Origin: Octopus sinensis
Lineage: Eukaryota
Direction: 5' to 3'
Length of the DNA stretch: 26,104 nucleotides
NCBI RefSeq assembly: GCF_006345805.1
Contig: NW_021835627.1
Location: 1-26,104, forward strand
Below, in pieces: positions 20,461 through 26,104 of the stretch (positions are counted from its first letter, which is position 1; each line of letters opens with the position of its first letter). The notes beneath the pieces were generated by a model. It was not told the DNA's origin. It was given only the letters and a program-made list of their open reading frames with translations, and did no database searches. A program made the position numbers and the translations under genes.

Positions 20461-20848
20461 ATATATATATATACATATACATGCATATTTAGTGTGTGTA
20501 TATATATGTATGTTTTATGATCTAAAATGCTCCAGCTAGGGTGTGGTTTAACAAATCTTATGAAATTGAACCATATTCATTGTTGAATAGAAATCTAATC
20601 TGTTTCTCCTCTAAATATTTAACTTCCTAAGTAAAGCGGCAACGTGACTTAACCATGAAAAGGAGAGGGAGAGACTAAGAGTGAGAGGGCGGGGAGGGAG
20701 AGAGAGGCAGACAGACAGGCAGAGGGTGGGTGCAATAAAGCATAGAGAGATATAACAAAGCAACAACTAAAAAATATCGGACAATGATTTTAACAAAAGA
20801 AAGAAAAGGCAGACACTGACATACATTTGGATGAGTGTATATAATACT

Positions 20849-20881
<33 letters not shown>

Positions 20882-21071
20882 ATACATATATTTACATGTA
20901 TAACTATATATATATATATAGAAATATATATATACATATACATACATAATATATATATATATATACACAATATATATATATGTATATATGGAACGTATAC
21001 TCAATATATATGTGAAATAATTGTATATACATATATTTACATGTATGTCTATATATATGTGTATGTATGTG

Positions 21072-21105
<34 letters not shown>

Positions 21106-21189
21106 TGTAGATAGACACACAGACAGACAGATAGATATACATATATATAGAAGGTGGGCCGCTCATATACACAGCAAAGTTAACATGGT

Positions 21190-21482
21190 CAGCAGAATGT
21201 GTTCCAGGATTCTCAGATTTTTCCAGTCGAGAGATATCCTGATATCCTCACCATTATCCTTCTCTTCTCCAAATAACAATTTGGCACAATTATTTCACAT
21301 CAAGTGGCCCCACTCTCTTTAACATGATATCAAAACACATTAAAGCAGAAACAGACCCCATAAAGTTGAAGAAGTCTCTGGAAAAATTCCTTCAAAAAAT
21401 CCCGAATAAACTTCGTTTACGAAGATATGTCTCTGTAAACTATAACTCTCTACTTGGGGCGAACATGGTGTCCGAATTCTGA
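21190..21482 (+). mobile_element. CR1-group LINE 3' fragment
   Basis: My translation from 21285 gives [42 protein letters not shown]...[10 protein letters not shown], the same C-terminal pattern as 1748-2146 but a different family. Confidence 0.7.
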
Positions 21483-21500
21483 TTTGACTAACATCGCAAG

Positions 21501-21544
<44 letters not shown>

Positions 21545-21640
21545 GCACATATATACATGTACATACATATATACATATATATATATATTAGTGTGGTGTA
21601 TATATATATATTATATATATATATGGCCGTATATATATAC

Positions 21641-21672
<32 letters not shown>

Positions 21673-21720
21673 GTATATATGTAGATATATATATATATAT
21701 ATTATGTATAAATATACATA

Positions 21721-21934
21721 TGGCCGTTTGCCAGCTCTGTCTGGGACCTGTGCGGGTGGCACGTAAAAAGCACCCACTACACTCACGGAGTGGTTGGCGT
21801 TAGGAAGGGCATCCAGCCGTAGAAACACTGCCAGATCTCACTGGGCCTGATGAAGCCTTCCAGCTTCACAGACCCCAGTTGAACCGTCCAACCCATGCTA
21901 GAATGGAAAACGGACGCTAAATGATGATGATGAT
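21721..21934 (+). mobile_element. Short RTE 3' end, B-type, with (GAT)n tail
   Basis: Matches about 20173-20395 including the B-diagnostic cctgatgaagccttccagcttcacagaccc. Confidence 0.92.
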
Positions 21935-22029
21935 ATACACACATATACACATATACATACATATACACATATACATACATATATACATGTATATACATAT
22001 ATACATTTACACATATACATATATATGTA

Positions 22030-22081
<52 letters not shown>

Positions 22082-22159
22082 CACACACATATATATATAT
22101 ACATATTTTATATATATATATATATATATATACATACATATATTTATAAATATATTATC

Positions 22160-22574
22160 GAACATCAATGGAATTTGTATCTTTGTGGTACCATTGCCGG
22201 TGGCACACAAGAAAACCATCCGAACGTGGCCGTAGCCAGTACCGCATCGACTGGCCTCCGTGCTGTGGGCACGTAACAAACACCATCCGATCATGGCCGT
22301 TCGCCAGCCTCATCTGGCACCTGTGTCGGTGGCACATAAAAACACCATCCGAGCGTGGCCGTCTGCCAGCCTCGTCTGGCACCTGTGTCGGTGGCACATA
22401 AAATCACCCACTACACTCTCGGAGTGGTTGGCGTTAGGAAGGGCATTCAGCTGTAGAAACACTGCCAGATCTGACTGGCCTGGTGCAGCCTTCGGGCTCC
22501 CCAGCCCCCAGTTGAACCGTCCAGCCCATGCTAGCATGGAAAACGGACGCTAAATGATGATGATGATGATGATG

Positions 22575-22576
<2 letters not shown>
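22160..22576 (+). mobile_element. Short RTE 3' end, A-type, with (GAT)n tail
   Basis: Matches about 11591-11904 and continues through the terminal palindrome and tail that copy A lacks. Confidence 0.92.
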
Positions 22577-22632
<56 letters not shown>

Positions 22633-22637
22633 ATGTT

Positions 22638-22668
<31 letters not shown>

Positions 22669-22677
22669 TATGTAGTA

Positions 22678-22724
<47 letters not shown>

Positions 22725-22769
22725 TATATATGTATATATATATAATATATATATATATATATTTATTTT

Positions 22770-22843
22770 ATAGAAGGAGCTTCTACAGGACTAGAACTGT
22801 TTCATTCAAAAGAAATCATCAGTCCTGTAGAAGCTCCTTCTAT
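22770..22843. repeat. Perfect 23 bp inverted repeat with a 28 bp spacer containing hammerhead core motifs on the minus strand
   Basis: atagaaggagcttctacaggact (22770-22792) and agtcctgtagaagctccttctat (22821-22843). Confidence 0.9.
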
Positions 22844-22879
22844 TTACTGTGGTTAACCCCGACTCAACCCGGGACCTAC

Positions 22880-22915
<36 letters not shown>

Positions 22916-23056
22916 ATATATAATATATATATATATATACTAACTATACTACTCAAAACACCATACCTTCCCACTGCTTCCCCCAAAGAAGGTGTCTATA
23001 CGTGTTTAAAATGATGAAGTATGTGTGTATACATCCATAATATGTGCATGTATGTG

Positions 23057-23099
<43 letters not shown>

Positions 23100-23104
23100 C
23101 ACCT

Positions 23105-23445
23105 CAATTTATGGGGAGTGTTTTCCTTGCGCATGGGATCATAGTGCCCTCACATTGGCACTTGATAGCTTGTCCTGGCTTGTCTCTGGATCATGTCAAC
23201 AGGGTGCAAAGGATCAGTGAGGATTTAATATTCTCGGTTGTACGATCGCTAGATAAGAGTCATTTACGATACTTGGTCAATTAGGAGGGCCCTGCGGCAT
23301 GCATGAAGGCCACAGCTGCGACTCCGAATAAAGCTGACCATGAACACAATACTACTTAGAACTGTCCTCGCAGAAATTTCGCATGGTAGATGGTCAGTGA
23401 TGGCCTTTTTTACTCATGAGTGGATAGCCATCGTCATCATCACCA
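23105..23445 (+). mobile_element. Possible ancient LINE 3' remnant ending in a (CAT)n tail; 23128-23199 is also present at 4130-4218
   Basis: Frameshifted fragments SCDS..LTMN.I..NCPRRNF...EWI loosely fit a C-terminal CCHC knuckle; shared cacattggcacttgatagcttgtcctggcttgtctctggatcatgtcaa. Confidence 0.3.
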
Positions 23446-23670
23446 TATATACATAAATACATATATTCATACACGAACAATTCATGTTTACATATGTACA
23501 TAACTACAAACAATCATACATACACGTATAAAACCAAATACACGTATACACACACACACACACACACACACACATATTTGTGCAAACATAAACAACAACA
23601 TACTTAAATACAAATACAACTGTACACATACACCCACATACATTCATACACACGTATTTATATCCATACA

Positions 23671-25234
23671 TATGTACATATACATAGCTATCTGCGTACC
23701 TGCTATTTCTTACACAATGAAACACTCATTCAAATTGTGAGTCACTATTTCTTTTCTTTAACAATTCTAAAGAAATTCTAAAATAGCTCAATTTATTGTC
23801 ATTAAATTTCTTATCCCTATTCAAATCTTAGGTCAACCTTTTGCGTCAATTTAGAAACACGCATGTATGAATGTATGTGGGTGTATGTATTTAGAAAAAA
23901 TAGGTAAGACCGAAATATGTATACACTCACACCTATCCATCAATTCATCTATCTGTCTATACATACATGCATATACTCATATATGCATATATATATAAAT
24001 TGAATATAAGTATATAATTAGGGGATATGTTAACCTTGTGAAGGGATGGTTGCATTTAAGGAAACACTGGTTGAATACCTAGTATTTTGGGGCTATGAAA
24101 TACCCTTAAAACAATAGGTATATATTAAGAATATAGTTTATATCCATTTCAAAACAGAAAAGAAAATGGAGATAAGGAAGTTGATAATTGTTTATTGCTT
24201 ACAAAGTGGTCATCTTCGCTGCTTACAATTGTTTCAATAAATTAATTACAAATTTGTACATTAATATTACATTTATGTGACATGAGTGTAATTTCATCAG
24301 AGAAAAAAAGCTGCTCCTTTTGATGTTATATATGGACCCATCTTCTTTTTTCCTTTTAAATGGATATAAACTGTGTGTGTGTATATGTATATATCCGAAG
24401 ATTGGACACTAAACTTCGCTTGTGAGGACCTGTTGAGGCAAGTGAAATCAAATTCGTTGAGATGACCGATGATAGCACCGCCTGACTGTAACCATGCCAG
24501 TTGATACTAAAAGCACCATCCAAGCATGAACGTTGCCAGTGCCACTGTACTGGCTCCTGTTCAGGTGGCATGTAAAAAACACCATTTGAGTGTGGCTATT
24601 GGCAGTACCACATGACTGGCCTCCGTGCTGGTGGCACGTACAAGCACCCATTACACTATTGGAGTGGTAGATGTTAGGAGGGCATCCAGCGGTAGTAATC
24701 CTACCTGATCAGATAGGAGCCTGGTGCAGCCTTCTGGGCAGGATCTTCCAGATATATATTACTGCATACCTCTCCTGTCTTTCTCCAGGGAGTAGAGTCT
24801 TAACTGTTTCAACCTTCCCCAATAGCTGAGCTTGCATCAAAGTCCGCTGTTAATTTCACACTGGTGGGTGACCATAGCTGTGAGCCCTAATCCAGGTGGT
24901 TGAGGACGAATGTCCGCCAGCGGACCATCATGGTTTCCTTATCTCTGGTTCGGAATGTTCTTACGATCCAGCCAGCCAGTCATCTGCACTTTGTCGCCAT
25001 CCTGGTAATGTGCACTTCGAAAGAGGTATCATCACTCATGTCGATACCCAGGTCCCTCACTGATTTAGGCTCTAGGATTGAAATTCCCTGTGGACCGGTG
25101 TACCCTGTAAGTTAGGTTTTGATGCTGGTGGCGCAGTGCTTGGAATTTGTCAGCATTAAACTGCATGTTATTATCCTCAGCCAATCTGTAAATGGAGTCC
25201 AACTCCTACTGCATATACATATACCTATAGACTT
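23671..25234 (+). repeat. Segmental duplication, copy 2 (old RTE 3' UTR 24402-24737; CR1 fragment on minus strand 24738-25234)
   Basis: Collinear with 11905-13672; shorter TA tract and an about 45 bp deletion in the CR1 part near 24833. Confidence 0.95.
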
Positions 25235-25349
25235 ATATATATATATATAAATATATATGTATATATATTGAATGTATACACAATATATATATGAGATAAT
25301 TGTATACATATACATACACACACACACATATATATATATATACACACAC

Positions 25350-25391
<42 letters not shown>

Positions 25392-25407
25392 ATATATATG
25401 TATATAT

Positions 25408-25483
<76 letters not shown>

Positions 25484-25490
25484 TATATAT

Positions 25491-26104
25491 ATAAGTAGGA
25501 AGGTAGACAAATCACAAACGCCTTCAAGTAGATGGCCCTGCTCGATCTGTAGAAAAAGCGTAGGTAGAAACTCTATAAGATGCACCAAGTGTAAGCTATG
25601 GACACATAAGAGGTGCAGCAATGTCAAAGGAAGGCTAACTAGGAAGATAGTTTCTGTATGTGGCAAATGCTCAGGAGCAATAAACACTGAAAATGCGCAG
25701 AGACCAACTTCCGCCACATTCCAGGGAGAAAAACTAGAAGTAGTTGATAGCTTCCGTTACCTAGGTGACCAAGTCAGTAGCAGGGGCGGGTGTGCTGAAA
25801 GTGTAAATGCTAGAGTAAGAATAGCCTGGGCAAAGTTCAGAGCGCTCTTACCTCTGCTAGCGATAAAGGGCCTCTCGTTCAGAGTAAAAGGCAGACTGTA
25901 TGACGCATGTGTACAAATAGCCATGCTACATGGCAGTGAAACTTGGGCCGTGTCTGCTTAGGATATGCGTAAGCTCACAAGAAATGAAGCCAGTATGCTC
26001 CGATGGATGTGTAATGTCAGTGTGCATACGCGACAGAGTGTAAGTACCTTGAGAGAAAAGTTGGACCTAAGAAGCATCAGTTGTGGTGTGCAAGAGAGGC
26101 GTTT
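25491..26104 (+). mobile_element. RTE-clade LINE, copy C, 5'-truncated, running off the window
   Basis: Begins [20 protein letters not shown] right after (TA)n; collinear with A from about 9234 and B from about 18575; in-frame stop at 25959-25961. Confidence 0.93.

Overview
Repeat-saturated, AT-rich animal genomic DNA with no recognisable host gene. The SINE and LINE families and the (TA)n/(CA)n density resemble octopus (cephalopod) DNA; this is inference from recalled repeat families. Two near full-length RTE-clade LINEs lie on the + strand (A about 4232-11904, B about 15021-20395), and a third 5'-truncated copy starts at 25491. Each long copy has a tandem-array 5' region, an APE+RT ORF with a C4HC3 (PHD-type) finger inserted inside the RT, and a 3' UTR built from 61-62 bp double-hairpin repeats. 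Also present: CR1-group and R4/Dong-like LINE fragments, tRNA-derived SINE pieces, and a local segmental duplication (11905-13672 vs 23671-25234) that appears to preserve the empty site of RTE-A. A 565-nt tandem-plus-inverted element at 13728-14775 carries a candidate type I hammerhead ribozyme, as in Penelope-like elements and retrozymes. Most ORFs in the supplied track are microsatellite or antisense artefacts. All alignments and folds were done by eye.
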